Assembly (NCBI GenBank): GCA_965217865.1
Contig: CBDCJO010000002.1
Location: 1,376,001-1,440,000, forward strand
DNA length: 64,000 nucleotides
From: Candidatus Latescibacterota bacterium
GTDB taxonomy: Bacteria; Latescibacterota; UBA2968; SICM01
Reading direction: 5' to 3'
Shown here: piece after piece, positions 1-9,154 of the stretch
Position numbering within the stretch: position 1 is the first letter of the stretch
How the letters are laid out: each line of letters starts with the position of its first letter
Position numbers and translations under genes: made by a program
The notes under the pieces: generated by a model
Told to the model about the DNA's origin: nothing
Seen by the model: only the letters and a program-made list of their open reading frames with translations
Databases searched by the model: none

Positions 1-486
1 AAAACCATATTTGTTCGGAATCCATATGATCGTAAGCCCACCCGGTTTTAGTACTTTAGCATGACTATCAAATACACGCTGCCGATCATCCCCCCAAAAA
101 TGCTCCGCGGTACCAAAGGACATAGACACATCGTATTGACCCCATAATTCCTCAGGCAATTCAAGAAGATTCCCTTCGGTAATAACAGAGTTAACCTCGA
201 ACTGGTCATGGACATACTTTGCTGCAGTGATCTGTTTTTCGCTGTAATCGAGCAAAGAGGGTTCCGCTCCGAGAAGTGAGAATAGAATTGATACTTTTCC
301 CAAACCACAGCCCAGTTCAATAGAACGCAAGTTCTCAAAGCTACCGAACTCCTTAATGACGGTGCGCTGGATAAGTGCCCAGCCTGGTGTATTCGCATAG
401 CCAATGCAGCCTTGAAAAACATCAGATAAGTCTGGAAATGAATCATTTCCCCACTGAGCTGCTTGCTGTGCATTGTCCCTTTCCAT
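1..486 (-). CDS. Class I SAM-dependent methyltransferase (3' end runs off the window)
   Basis: Not in the ORF track. Manual translation from ATG at 486 (AGGAGG RBS upstream) gives MERDNAQQ...SIELGCGLGK...LLDYS...YDVSMSFGTAEHF...KVLKPGGL, i.e. motif I and the LKPGG motif; the frame is open to base 1. Confidence 0.85.
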   Translation of the reverse strand, partial: MERDNAQQAAQWGNDSFPDLSDVFQGCIGYANTPGWALIQRTVIKEFGSFENLRSIELGCGLGKVSILFSLLGAEPSLLDYSEKQITAAKYVHDQFEVNSVITEGNLLELPEELWGQYDVSMSFGTAEHFWGDDRQRVFDSHAKVLKPGGLTIIWIPNKYGF

Positions 487-602
487 CGGGCCTCCTGTTT
501 GCACGATGCGCTGTCGGTTCGAGAGCGAGCGAGAAAGTCGTGGGGAAGGTTACAGTTTGACTTTCGTAACAATCCAGGTGAATCGAATAAGATCTGTAAA
601 AA

Positions 603-1312
603 TTACAGGACGTCCTTTGAAAAAAGGAGATCCGCGCATTTATCACTATTTCTCAAACCATCCAGAAAAGGCAAAAACTCTTTTCTACTATAGCCCTTTG
701 CCGGTTCTCCGACGATCCGGACGGATTCAAAGTAATCGGCAAAAACCGAGAGATATTCCTCGTTGGTCACGTTCGAAATATTTTTCAGGTGGTGGGGGAC
801 GTACTCTAATTGAAGATGTTTACAGGTTTTCAAAGCGTTTTGCATGCCTTGAAATCCATAATATTCGCTCCCCTCAATATCCATAATAATGACATCGAAT
901 TCGTATTTCCCTCCGGTGTGTTCATCAAGAGAGATCATGTTTGTTTTAATGACCTTTGGATTATCGTAGCTGTAGGCATAACTATCGAATCTGGGTTTAA
1001 TCTTACTGCCTCCTGAATTGACAGTGTTGGCCCTTTTTGCGAGTGGAACTAAAAGGGTGCCTACATGGGCACCGATCAAACAAATATCAGACTCGCTTGT
1101 CACCAATTGATATAATTCACTCAGCGCGTGATCCTCATAATGCCCTTTAAACGCGAGAAGTCTTCCCACGACTCCAAGTCGTCTGCACCGACAACCAGAA
1201 GGCCGTTTTCCGTCGAGCACAGAACGCCTTTCGCGTGCTTGCCAATCACCTTTTTTCTTATGCCGGAGAGTGTCTTTAAGACGAAAAAGGTTATGTTCTG
1301 GAGAAGTTTCAT
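603..1312 (-). pseudogene. FkbM-family methyltransferase, frameshifted near 1170 and probably internally deleted
   Basis: Motifs IGAHVG and IIMDIEGSE...LQLEYVP. The N-terminus (MKLLQNIT...) lies in ORF 1121..1339 and the body in ORF 603..1220. Confidence 0.75.
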
Positions 1313-1358
1313 GCCACCTCTTCTGTTTGGTGCTGTCATTGGGTTTTAATTTTTGATT

Positions 1359-1850
1359 TCAAGCCCGATAGAGGTATTTCTCCCCGAGATGTTCCACAAT
1401 CTTTTCTCGCGCCAGAGATACGTGATCGGGTGAAACGCTCCTCCAGGGAGATAACATTCGGCAGTATACCGGATCGAGAAAACCGGATGCCATTCCCATC
1501 AGGCGATCCATCCGCCCACTTTTATGACCCATGGACCTCATGGGATCCTTGATGTCTTTGTGGATTATCTCGAGTTTCCGTTCCCCATCGGCGATGCCTT
1601 CGGGATCGTTTTTTTCAAGGGAATCCCACAGAGCCCGGATCAGTTCAGGAAAGGCATAACTGATCCACGCAGCAAGGGAACGGGCCCCCTGATGCCACAA
1701 GCTGATAAGATTCGGCTCACCTGCAAGGATGTTGAAATCGGTTCGAACGGCCAAAAGATTTTTGACCAGTTCCGGAGAGGAGGATGTGAGTTTGGCACCG
1801 ACGATCGATGGCACCTTTTCGAGTATCCGCGGCCAGAGGTGATCCCCTAT
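1359..1850 (-). pseudogene. Dihydrodipicolinate synthase (DapA/NanA)-family protein, C-terminal half cut off by the IS
   Basis: IVGAKLTS Schiff-base-Lys-like segment and ILAGE; the frame abuts the IS right end at 1851. Confidence 0.6.
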
Positions 1851-3274
1851 CAGCCCGTTGAAGAACTACCTTTCAACACACATAAACGGAAAAGACGCCT
1901 GGAGTGCGGGTCGGATAAATCAAGGTAAGGAGATTGAGCAGGAGACGCTGATAAGAGGTTAAAAAGGTGACCGAGGGCAGCAAAGCGTGATTGTAGGACG
2001 AGCAGTAGACGCTGCAAGGCCTTGGCCAGGTCCTGGAGGGCCTTCGGAGTACCTACGCCCATCACTTTGCGCATGAGCAGAGCCAGGTTGCAGCCCCCGA
2101 TGTGGATCAGCAAACGCTTGAGGATATTGCCGCGGTCTCTCAAGTGCAACCTGCGCATGCCACCGGTATCATATGTGTGAGCGATGGTTCTTTCCACCCG
2201 TTCTGCACGACTTCGGCGCAAGGCCTTGCCGCGATCTCCCTTGATCCGGCGTCGATTCGCATATACCGCGGCCTGCTCATCTCGTCGGCCGTTCCACTTG
2301 CGGCGTCCCCGATCCGGTTCTGAAATGTAACTCCGGATGCCGCCTTGCTTCAGACTGGTCAATACATCGTTGCTATGATATCCTTTGTCCGCAACCACCT
2401 CCCGTATACGCTGTCTGTGCAAACGTTTGGCAGCTTTTTCGTCCTTCGCGACCTGCTTGAGATTGAGCTGCGCCTCGAGCAGCGTCCAGGACAACGACTC
2501 GGTATCTCCTTCATCTGCTCCCGACAACGCCACTGCCACAATGGCATTGGTGTCCAGATCCACCGCGTGCTCCACCTTGTGCGCCATGTGCGTGCGACCG
2601 TCCTTCATCTTAGCGATCTTGGCATCCGGGTCGTGCGGGTGCTCCCAGTCCTGGTTCGATCCCTTCTTCGGTCGCTTCTTATCGATCTTGGACAAGTCCT
2701 CGCGGGTAGGCGTTTCAATGCCCGAGGCCTTGGCCAGATTCTCAAGGAATGCCTGGTAGCCTTCACCCGTGTCACGGCGTACAATGCTGCGCATCGCGGC
2801 GTTGGCCTCCAGTGTCGTAGCATCCACGCCCAACGTCTTCCCCTTCACCAGACCCGCTTTGCACAAGACCCTCAGGATCCACTTGAAAACCGCTTCGTGA
2901 ACTTCCAAGGGAAGCCGATGCCGGATGCGAGACAGGCTGGAATGATCCGGGGTCTGTTCGTCAAGGGCATACCCCAAAAACCGGCGCAACGTCAGCGAGT
3001 CAGATACACGCCATTCGATCCCACGTTCCGAATCAAGTCCCTCGAAATACCCAATCAAAAGCATCCGAAAATAAACCCCGGGCGGAATGCCCTTGCGACC
3101 CATATGAGGAGCGTAATACCGCTGGCAAAGCCCTTCGACGAACTCGTCGAACCCGTTCGCCTCCAATACCTGATTCAGCTTCTCGTAGAACGGATGACCC
3201 GGAGATTTCACCAAAGTGTTCGATGCGATGAACAGGTTTTCCTGTCTCTGTCGTCCTCGTTTTCCCATTGCCAT
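1850..3274 (-). CDS. DDE transposase (DUF772 + DDE_Tnp_1; IS1182/IS5-related)
   Basis: PDHSSLSRIRHRL, GVDAT, VVADKGY and RAERVER motifs. Confidence 0.92.
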   Translation of the reverse strand: MAMGKRGRQRQENLFIASNTLVKSPGHPFYEKLNQVLEANGFDEFVEGLCQRYYAPHMGRKGIPPGVYFRMLLIGYFEGLDSERGIEWRVSDSLTLRRFLGYALDEQTPDHSSLSRIRHRLPLEVHEAVFKWILRVLCKAGLVKGKTLGVDATTLEANAAMRSIVRRDTGEGYQAFLENLAKASGIETPTREDLSKIDKKRPKKGSNQDWEHPHDPDAKIAKMKDGRTHMAHKVEHAVDLDTNAIVAVALSGADEGDTESLSWTLLEAQLNLKQVAKDEKAAKRLHRQRIREVVADKGYHSNDVLTSLKQGGIRSYISEPDRGRRKWNGRRDEQAAVYANRRRIKGDRGKALRRSRAERVERTIAHTYDTGGMRRLHLRDRGNILKRLLIHIGGCNLALLMRKVMGVGTPKALQDLAKALQRLLLVLQSRFAALGHLFNLLSASPAQSPYLDLSDPHSRRLFRLCVLKGSSSTG

Positions 3275-3377
3275 TTGCTCGTCCTCCCTTCTCAGTTTGA
3301 ACCTGATATATCATAGGACCAAACCACAAGGAAAGACAACAGTCATCTTGGCATAAACGCACTTTTTCAACAGGCTG
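1851..3377 (-). mobile_element. IS1182-like element, copy 1
   Basis: TIRs CAGCCTGTTGAAAAA / CAGCCCGTTGAAGAA. Flanks CTAT and CTAG do not match. Near-identical to four other copies. Confidence 0.9.
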
Positions 3378-3429
3378 CTAGGCGCCCAGCTACGAAAGAT
3401 GTACGAGACTCTCCTGGCCAACCCGTGAT

Positions 3430-3545
3430 TGAGAGAAAGTGCGAAAGATGAAATGTCCTTGGAGGCCCACTCGGCCAATCGCCTGATCCGTTCATCGGTC
3501 GAGAGAGAGTTCACGACCATCGGTGAGGCCCTCACCGCATTGCAG
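3430..3545 (+). pseudogene. HepT/DUF86-like HEPN fragment
   Basis: Manual translation SLEAHSANRLIRSSVEREFTTIGEAL resembles the DUF86 AVERxFxIIGEA motif. Confidence 0.5.
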
Positions 3546-3607
3546 ATTCCCAGCAGGCGCTGTGCAACACCCAATAGCGTGCAGATCGATTAGCACCCCA
3601 CAATCTT

Positions 3608-5569
3608 ATGTCCAAGACCGTTTCAGAATCAGCTGGATGGAATCCTGAAAAGATGATGGAGATTAAGTCTGTGGACAGCGTGCAGCTTTCGCCTGACAAA
3701 CACCACGTGGTCTTCACGGTGACTGAAGCGGTAATGACCGGAGAGAAAAGTGAATACCTGACACACATCTGTATAGCTGATACAGACGGCTCAGACGTCT
3801 TTCAGTTCTTTCTTGGCGACAAATCGAAGAGCAATCCGCAGTGGTCACCCAATGGAAAGTGGATTGCCTTCACGTCGAGCAATTCGGGAAAGAACAACAT
3901 CTATCTTACATCACAAGAAGGTGGAGAAGCTCAGCAGCTGACGGACGTCCAGACGAGGGTGGATGATTTTAAGTGGTCGCCAGACGGGAATTGGATTGCG
4001 TTTGTCTTGCCTGAAGCTCCTGAAGGATCAGAGGAGAAGGCTAAGAATGAGAAAAATGACCCAAAGATTGTGGATGGAAACCATGGAAGAAATCGGCTGT
4101 GGGTGATCCCTGTCGAGTACCCTTCCAGTGGAAAACGTAAGGCCCGGCCGATCACAAATGGCGAATTCAATATCAGTAGGTGCTTTGGTCGTTCGAGCTT
4201 TGATTGGTCGCCTGATGGAAAAACGATCGTTTTCACACACACACCAACACCTTGTGAGGATGACTGGTCGCTGGCGGATATTTCAGTGGTGAATGTAGCT
4301 ACAGGAAGAATCCGACCTCCGGCTTCCAAAGATGCGGCTGAGCGCTCACCACTCTATTCGCCGGATGGGCGCTGGATCGCATATCAGGCTAGTGATTGTC
4401 CCCCAACCTGGTTCTCTACATTTGATCTGTTTCTCGTGCCTTCCGGAGGGGGACAATCGCGTCTGTTGACTGAGACTTCTGAGCGATGGCCAGAACTCAT
4501 CGGCTGGTCAGCGGACAGCAGGCACATCTACTTCACGGATACGCGTGGTACGATCACAGGGCTTTTTGCAGTGCCGATTGAAGGTGGACCTCCGCGACGA
4601 CTGGACCGCGGCGACCTCATGATATCCTCTGCGAGGCTGAATTCCTCAAGATCGATGGTTGGCTTTGTCGCTCAGACCACCACTCGTTCTCCAGAGGCTT
4701 ACGCTGCACGATTGGATCGCTTTGAGCCCTTTCAAGTGAGCTACACCAATACTCACGTACCCGATTATCCGTTTGGTCACACAGAGATGATTCGCTATGA
4801 GTCGTTCCAGAGTCTAGAGGTCGAAGGGCTACTCACTTATCCGTTTGGATACGAAAGTGGGAAGCGATATCCACTACTGCTCATCGTGCACGGAGGGCCG
4901 ATGGGCATGTTTACACAGACATGCATTGCTGATCTTAATTCAGATGAACCTTACCCAGTAGCTGCTTTTGCTGCACATGGCTATGTGGTGCTTAGGTGCA
5001 ATATTCGGGGTTCGTCCGGCTACGGCAAGAAATTCCTCCAGCTAAACTACAAAGATTGGGGTGGTGGAGACTACGAAGACCTGATGGCAGGTGTGGAGCA
5101 TATAATCCAAATGGGAGTGGCTGATGCCACACGCCTCGGGGTGATGGGCTGGAGCTACGGTGGTTACATGACAGCGTGGATCCTCACGCAAACTAAGCGA
5201 TTCAAGGCGGCCTCTGTTGGCTCAGGTGCGGTCGACCTCATAAGCTCCACGGGCACGACCAGTATCCCCACGTGCATTACCGATTACTTTGGCGCAGAGT
5301 TCTGGGACGAATTAGAGATCTACATCGCACGTTCACCCATATTCCACATTAAAGATGTTTCGACACCGACACTCATCCAACACTTCGAGCAAGATGATGT
5401 CGTACCGATTTCGCAAGCCCATGAGCTCTATCGTGCACTTAAGCGGCAAAGTGTTCCGGCCCGAATGGTTGTCTACCCTCGCACTCCACACGGCCTGAAA
5501 GACCCAAAATTGTTGCTCGACTTTGCGAAACGGAACGTGGAATGGTTCGATCGATACTTGAAACGATGA
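3608..5569 (+). CDS. S9-family serine peptidase (acylaminoacyl/dipeptidyl peptidase) with PD40 propeller
   Basis: Repeated WSPDG motifs, VHGGP, GWSYGG nucleophile elbow, catalytic Asp (EQDDVVP) and His (PHG). Confidence 0.93.
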   Translation: MSKTVSESAGWNPEKMMEIKSVDSVQLSPDKHHVVFTVTEAVMTGEKSEYLTHICIADTDGSDVFQFFLGDKSKSNPQWSPNGKWIAFTSSNSGKNNIYLTSQEGGEAQQLTDVQTRVDDFKWSPDGNWIAFVLPEAPEGSEEKAKNEKNDPKIVDGNHGRNRLWVIPVEYPSSGKRKARPITNGEFNISRCFGRSSFDWSPDGKTIVFTHTPTPCEDDWSLADISVVNVATGRIRPPASKDAAERSPLYSPDGRWIAYQASDCPPTWFSTFDLFLVPSGGGQSRLLTETSERWPELIGWSADSRHIYFTDTRGTITGLFAVPIEGGPPRRLDRGDLMISSARLNSSRSMVGFVAQTTTRSPEAYAARLDRFEPFQVSYTNTHVPDYPFGHTEMIRYESFQSLEVEGLLTYPFGYESGKRYPLLLIVHGGPMGMFTQTCIADLNSDEPYPVAAFAAHGYVVLRCNIRGSSGYGKKFLQLNYKDWGGGDYEDLMAGVEHIIQMGVADATRLGVMGWSYGGYMTAWILTQTKRFKAASVGSGAVDLISSTGTTSIPTCITDYFGAEFWDELEIYIARSPIFHIKDVSTPTLIQHFEQDDVVPISQAHELYRALKRQSVPARMVVYPRTPHGLKDPKLLLDFAKRNVEWFDRYLKR

Positions 5570-5681
5570 GAGATGAAATCTAAACTCAGAAAAGCGTGAA
5601 AAATGATACAAAACAAAAATCAGCAATGGTGCGCGCTCTATGAATGCCCGCAAAGGGCTTCGCCGCGAACGGGCCGTCGGT

Positions 5682-5766
5682 GCGTAACACCAAAGCTGCG
5701 AACCCTCCCAACTCTGCCTGACCCCAAAGCGCCTGTCGGCGCCTTCGCAGCTTCAAACCGTTAGAA
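5682..5766 (+). other. attC-like recombination site
   Basis: TAAC-acca-AAGCTGCGAA ... TTCGCAGCTT-caaacc-GTTAGAA, lying just before the methyltransferase start at 5808. Confidence 0.55.
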
Positions 5767-5807
5767 GAAAGGCAGCCAAACCTTATAAATCTGGTTCCGT
5801 CTGATAC

Positions 5808-6097
5808 ATGTCCGAATCGTATACACCTGGAAATAGTACGAACGCCACCGACTTCATGGCCAAACGAAGCCTCGATTCGCATGGCTCCTTCTTCATTTCT
5901 TGTTTGGAGCGCGGCGTATCTGTCCTGGATTGTGGGTGCGGACCTGGGTCCATAACCATTGGAATCGCGAAATGTGTTGCACCTGGGGAAGTAGTCGGCA
6001 TTGATTCAGCAGAGTCGCAAGTCGAAGAGGCTACTTGTCGTGCCAAAAGGGAAGAAATCGAAAACGTTCGTTTCAGAACTGCAGATTGCTACTCTCT
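5808..6097 (+). pseudogene. UbiE-like SAM methyltransferase, 3' truncated
   Basis: VLDCGCGPGSIT...VVGID...VRFRTADCYSL; similarity ends near 6097. Confidence 0.75.
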
Positions 6098-6244
6098 CGT
6101 GTTGTCAGACTGGTGGTCGGTGCTTGGTACGGGAGTGGGTCGGCGCAGCGAAGGGTTCCGTTGCAGGACGATGCCGGGATGGCCTGAGGAGCATTTCCGC
6201 TCATGCGTTCCCCTTTCCGGGTCCCCGGCTGTGGTTCTTCCTTG

Positions 6245-6420
6245 AATGCTTCCCTAAAGTCAGATAGGTTCTCCCTTTTCCCTTCGATCCTGTTGACTCC
6301 AGTTGGCAAAGCGTTGGTTTGTTCCCCGTTAAACAAGGCTACTTCGTTGCCCATCTCAGTTAGCCGTTTTACGATAAAGGATCGAATGAACTGCGTTCCA
6401 CCAATGATCAGGATTCGCAT
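6245..6420 (-). pseudogene. NAD-dependent epimerase/dehydratase N-terminal fragment
   Basis: MRILIIGGTQFI Rossmann start; only about 60 codons remain. Confidence 0.7.
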
Positions 6421-6434
6421 AAGGCATCCCCTAA

Positions 6435-6596
6435 CAGCCTGTTGAAAAAGTGCGTTTATGCCAAGATGACTGTTGTCTTTCCTTGTGGTTTGGTCCTATG
6501 ATATATCAAGTTCAAACTGAGAAGGGAGGACGAGCAAATGGCAATGGGAAAACGAGGACGACAGAGACAGGAAAACCTGTTCATCGCATCGAACAC
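6435..6596 (+). mobile_element. IS1182-like left-end stub
   Basis: Near-identical to the first ~160 bp of the full copies; preceded by CTAA. Confidence 0.9.
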
Positions 6597-6689
6597 CGAC
6601 CCGCTGTGTTTTTCCTTGCCCGGATCGATCCCAAGGACGAAATTCTGGGAGATGGCCTGTCGTTTAAGGTGGAAGATTTTCGACTTCAT
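6594..6689 (-). pseudogene. IS110-family (DEDD) transposase N-terminal fragment
   Basis: MKSKIFHLKRQAISQNFVLGIDPGKEKH carries the GID-x-x-K first catalytic Asp motif; GGAGG RBS upstream. Confidence 0.65.
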
Positions 6690-6699
6690 CGTATACCTC

Positions 6700-6788
6700 C
6701 AGCGTTGAGGGTTGAGTTTGGTTGCTCTGCTCTTGCCGAATCTTAAGACACCTTGCCTTGCAAGGGAGGATTCAGCCCCTCAACGCTG
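6700..6788 (-). ncRNA. Candidate IS110 bridge/seek RNA (structured leader)
   Basis: About 20-bp closing stem CAGCGTTGAGGGGCTGAAT / ACTCAACCCTCAACGCTG directly upstream of the IS110 ATG; a TATATT -10-like box lies about 20 nt further upstream. Confidence 0.45.
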
Positions 6789-6814
6789 TTTTTTCCTCCT
6801 TTACTCAATATAGA

Positions 6815-7225
6815 AATCGGAACCATGACTTGTTCCAGACTGGCATGAAGTGGTCGGGATCGCCCCCGACAATATCAAGCTGGACATCCTGCCCATGTTG
6901 GCCATCGTTAACCAGGGTTTTGATTCTCCCCTGCCCCTTGACGAAGTGCAGGGTATCGCGCGATCGGTGGAAAGAGCATGGACGCTTCTATTCGATAGAG
7001 GAACGCGAGGCATGGGGCCGTGGCCTGGCTCGGCTATCAACGCAAGCGCGGAGAAAGCGGAAAGCATCCAGGGACGGACAGATTGTTCATGGGGTAATGA
7101 GCGGGCGGTCGATGGTTGGCCTGGCCAGGGAGCATGGGATAGCTGTAAACACAGTCCGGCATGTGATGCTCAGGGACGCTCCATTGTGGAGCGATAAGCG
7201 TACACTTCCCACCCCGGTAGGTTGA
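6815..7225 (+). pseudogene. Plasmid replicase (PriCT-1 + HTH, ColE2-type) C-terminal remnant, frameshifted
   Basis: RNHDLF, then NQGFDSPLPLDEVQGIARSVER (PriCT-1-like), then the HTH SMVGLAREHGIAVNTVRHV, spread over two frames. Confidence 0.65.
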
Positions 7226-7329
7226 ACGCACATCAAGCCTGAAGAAGGTCTCATAAATGGCTGATAACCTTCCGAAATGTTATCGACACTCCGCGAAAGG
7301 GTAGACCAATGAAAGAGGGAGGTGATAGC

Positions 7330-7479
7330 GTGTGGTGGGTGCTACTGGCTGCGACAGTGATAGTAGGAGCAGTATACCGGGTCTACCTGGCGGAGGTGAT
7401 AGGTATAAATTATGTGTGGGTGGTACTGGCTGCGATAGTAGGAGCAGTAGTATTACTGGCTAGGTGGGCTGCTAAATAA
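7330..7479 (+). CDS. 49-aa hydrophobic peptide with an internal duplication
   Basis: GGAGGTGA RBS and GTG start; MWWVLLAATVIVGAVYRVYLAEVIGINYVWVVLAAIVGAVVLLARWAAK. Below the ORF-track length cutoff. Confidence 0.5.
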   Translation: MWWVLLAATVIVGAVYRVYLAEVIGINYVWVVLAAIVGAVVLLARWAAK

Positions 7480-7604
7480 ACCAACCATCCCCTCCTCGGG
7501 CTCCTCGATTGGGCTTGACCTGGTTAAGTCACCCTTGCCAGGTATCGGGGAACTCGAGTACTTTTTGCCCGGTCCGGGCAATTATGATCGGCAATAGGCT
7601 TGGT

Positions 7605-7907
7605 ATGAAATCCTTTCGTGTTCTGATTATGAGATTGTTTGTCTTCTGTTTCATGCTTATCCCGGCCGCGTTACTTGGAATCTACAGCCTCGACTGTCTT
7701 TTTGAGGCTACTGAAACCGGATGGCATGCCTCTAAACGAGATGTAATATACCTTGAACCACAACCACGCTTCAAAAAAGCTTCTACGCTTATACTGGGTA
7801 TTGGGTGTTTTGCAGCGGCCGTGCTTTATGTTTTTTATGAAAGGAAAGTTTTGTTAAAAATTTTAGAAGGTGAACTTGATCCCCCGGAGCGGAGAGCAGG
7901 GCGATAA
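7605..7907 (+). CDS. Hypothetical two-TM membrane protein
   Basis: Two hydrophobic segments; no family recognised. Confidence 0.45.
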   Translation: MKSFRVLIMRLFVFCFMLIPAALLGIYSLDCLFEATETGWHASKRDVIYLEPQPRFKKASTLILGIGCFAAAVLYVFYERKVLLKILEGELDPPERRAGR

Positions 7908-8046
7908 CCCCGTAGCCTTGAGAAGGGGACCGGTGATCCTTCCAACGAGTTTAGATTTTAGGAAACGGCGTGAACCCTCTTCCTAACAATACCAGTTTAT
8001 GTCGTCGTGAAGATTCAACTTACGCGTCAGAGGCAAGATAACGGAT

Positions 8047-8529
8047 CTAGCTTCGTCTACTGCATTTTCGGCTTCGGATCGTGTTGGGCTTGTCGCTCTG
8101 TTCCCTCAGTGAGTCGAGCGCTTTCAAGTCACACATAGACGCAACCCGCACTGGTATGCCGAGAACAAACCCTTCTCTTGAGCGGGAGAAGGCTTTGCGG
8201 AAATTAAAGCGCTTAGCAGATGGAGCAAAGATCTCCGCGTTCCCCTCGTGGAATAAACGCATATACTTGCCCCCCTCAACCAGTTCGCGCTCTTTCTCGT
8301 CGGTCAGCTTTGCCAGATCGGCAGCATTCTCCAAAGCCCGCAGAGCAGACAGCATTTTTCCTGCGTTCTCTGGCGTGGGATTAATCATCAGGTCTATATC
8401 GTTCACACGCGGCTGACGACAATAATGCGACTTGGCCATGCTTCCGATGAGCAAGTACTGCACGCCTTGGTTGTTAAAGGCTCTCAGCAGGTCGGCACAG
8501 TTGTCGGTCCAAAGCTCCGGAAACTGCAT
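8047..8529 (-). CDS. Pol-beta-superfamily nucleotidyltransferase-like protein
   Basis: YLLIGSMA...RVNDIDLMINPTPENA (hG[GS]...DxD motif). Confidence 0.7.
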   Translation of the reverse strand: MQFPELWTDNCADLLRAFNNQGVQYLLIGSMAKSHYCRQPRVNDIDLMINPTPENAGKMLSALRALENAADLAKLTDEKERELVEGGKYMRLFHEGNAEIFAPSAKRFNFRKAFSRSREGFVLGIPVRVASMCDLKALDSLREQSDKPNTIRSRKCSRRS

Positions 8530-8572
8530 AGAAGGCCTATTCGACCAGCCGCAGCGGCGGGACTTGCGGCTT

Positions 8573-8631
8573 TGATATGCCCCGGGGAAAGTGGACAGTG
8601 GTTTAAGCCGCTTTCTGCAGCGATAGCCGTT
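8573..8631 (-). mobile_element. Isolated IS3-family right end
   Basis: Near reverse complement of 9888..9945. Confidence 0.75.
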
Positions 8632-8756
8632 ACGGAGACTTTAAGGGATGGACCGGCAAGGGGAAAGGGCTACCGGTGGAAGGGGTTCTTCTCTGCATGG
8701 GAAAGCTACCTGGAGGGCGGCCCGGGCGATGTTCCCAGGCCGAACGCGCGCATGTC

Positions 8757-9022
8757 CCCCCCTTCAAGCCGTGAGACCGTGACATATGTTGAAAAACAAG
8801 GAGTTGTGCGGCGTTCCAACCCGTGACATGGATGGTACGGTGTCACGGGTTGAAACACCCCCCAAGAGCGACTCCTGCGTAAAGAACACTTGTGACGAAG
8901 ACCAAGAGGCGTTCGAGGAATACGCGGCGATCATGCAATATGATGGCGGAATGACTCGTGAGGAAGCCGAAGCTCGGGCATGCGAGGATGTTCGACCACG
9001 ACCTAAAGGAGATCGAAAATGA
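8757..9022 (+). repeat. Iteron-like CCGTGAC/GTCACGG cluster within the 3' end of a phage/ICE-type gene
   Basis: Direct and inverted (AAC)CCGTGACA copies; the ORF ends in FEEYAAIMQYDGGMTREEAE; homologous to 24620..24856. Confidence 0.5.
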
Positions 9023-9154
9023 GGCGTTCGAAGGAAGCCGAAACTCAAGCTCGTGAGGCGAAGATGCTTGATGATCTCCTGAAGGACCTCCTCATCCTGC
9101 CGGAACTCCCTGAACTCCCCCCATTCGTGTGACTGTCGCACTCCACTGTTGCAA

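Noticed and set aside
48-572. 174-aa minus-strand ORF from the track
   Set aside because: It is an alternative frame of the real methyltransferase at 1..486, which has the RBS and motifs.
2345-3316. 323-aa antisense ORF repeated in the IS1182-like copies (and the 234-aa antisense ORF in IS1380)
   Set aside because: Shadow ORFs; their recurrence only reflects near-identical IS copies, and no motifs are recognisable.
6594-6689. GIDPG motif considered as IscB/IsrB RuvC-I with omega-RNA
   Set aside because: No PLMP N-terminal domain and the motif lies only about 20 residues from the start, which fits IS110 better; the fragment is too short to be certain.
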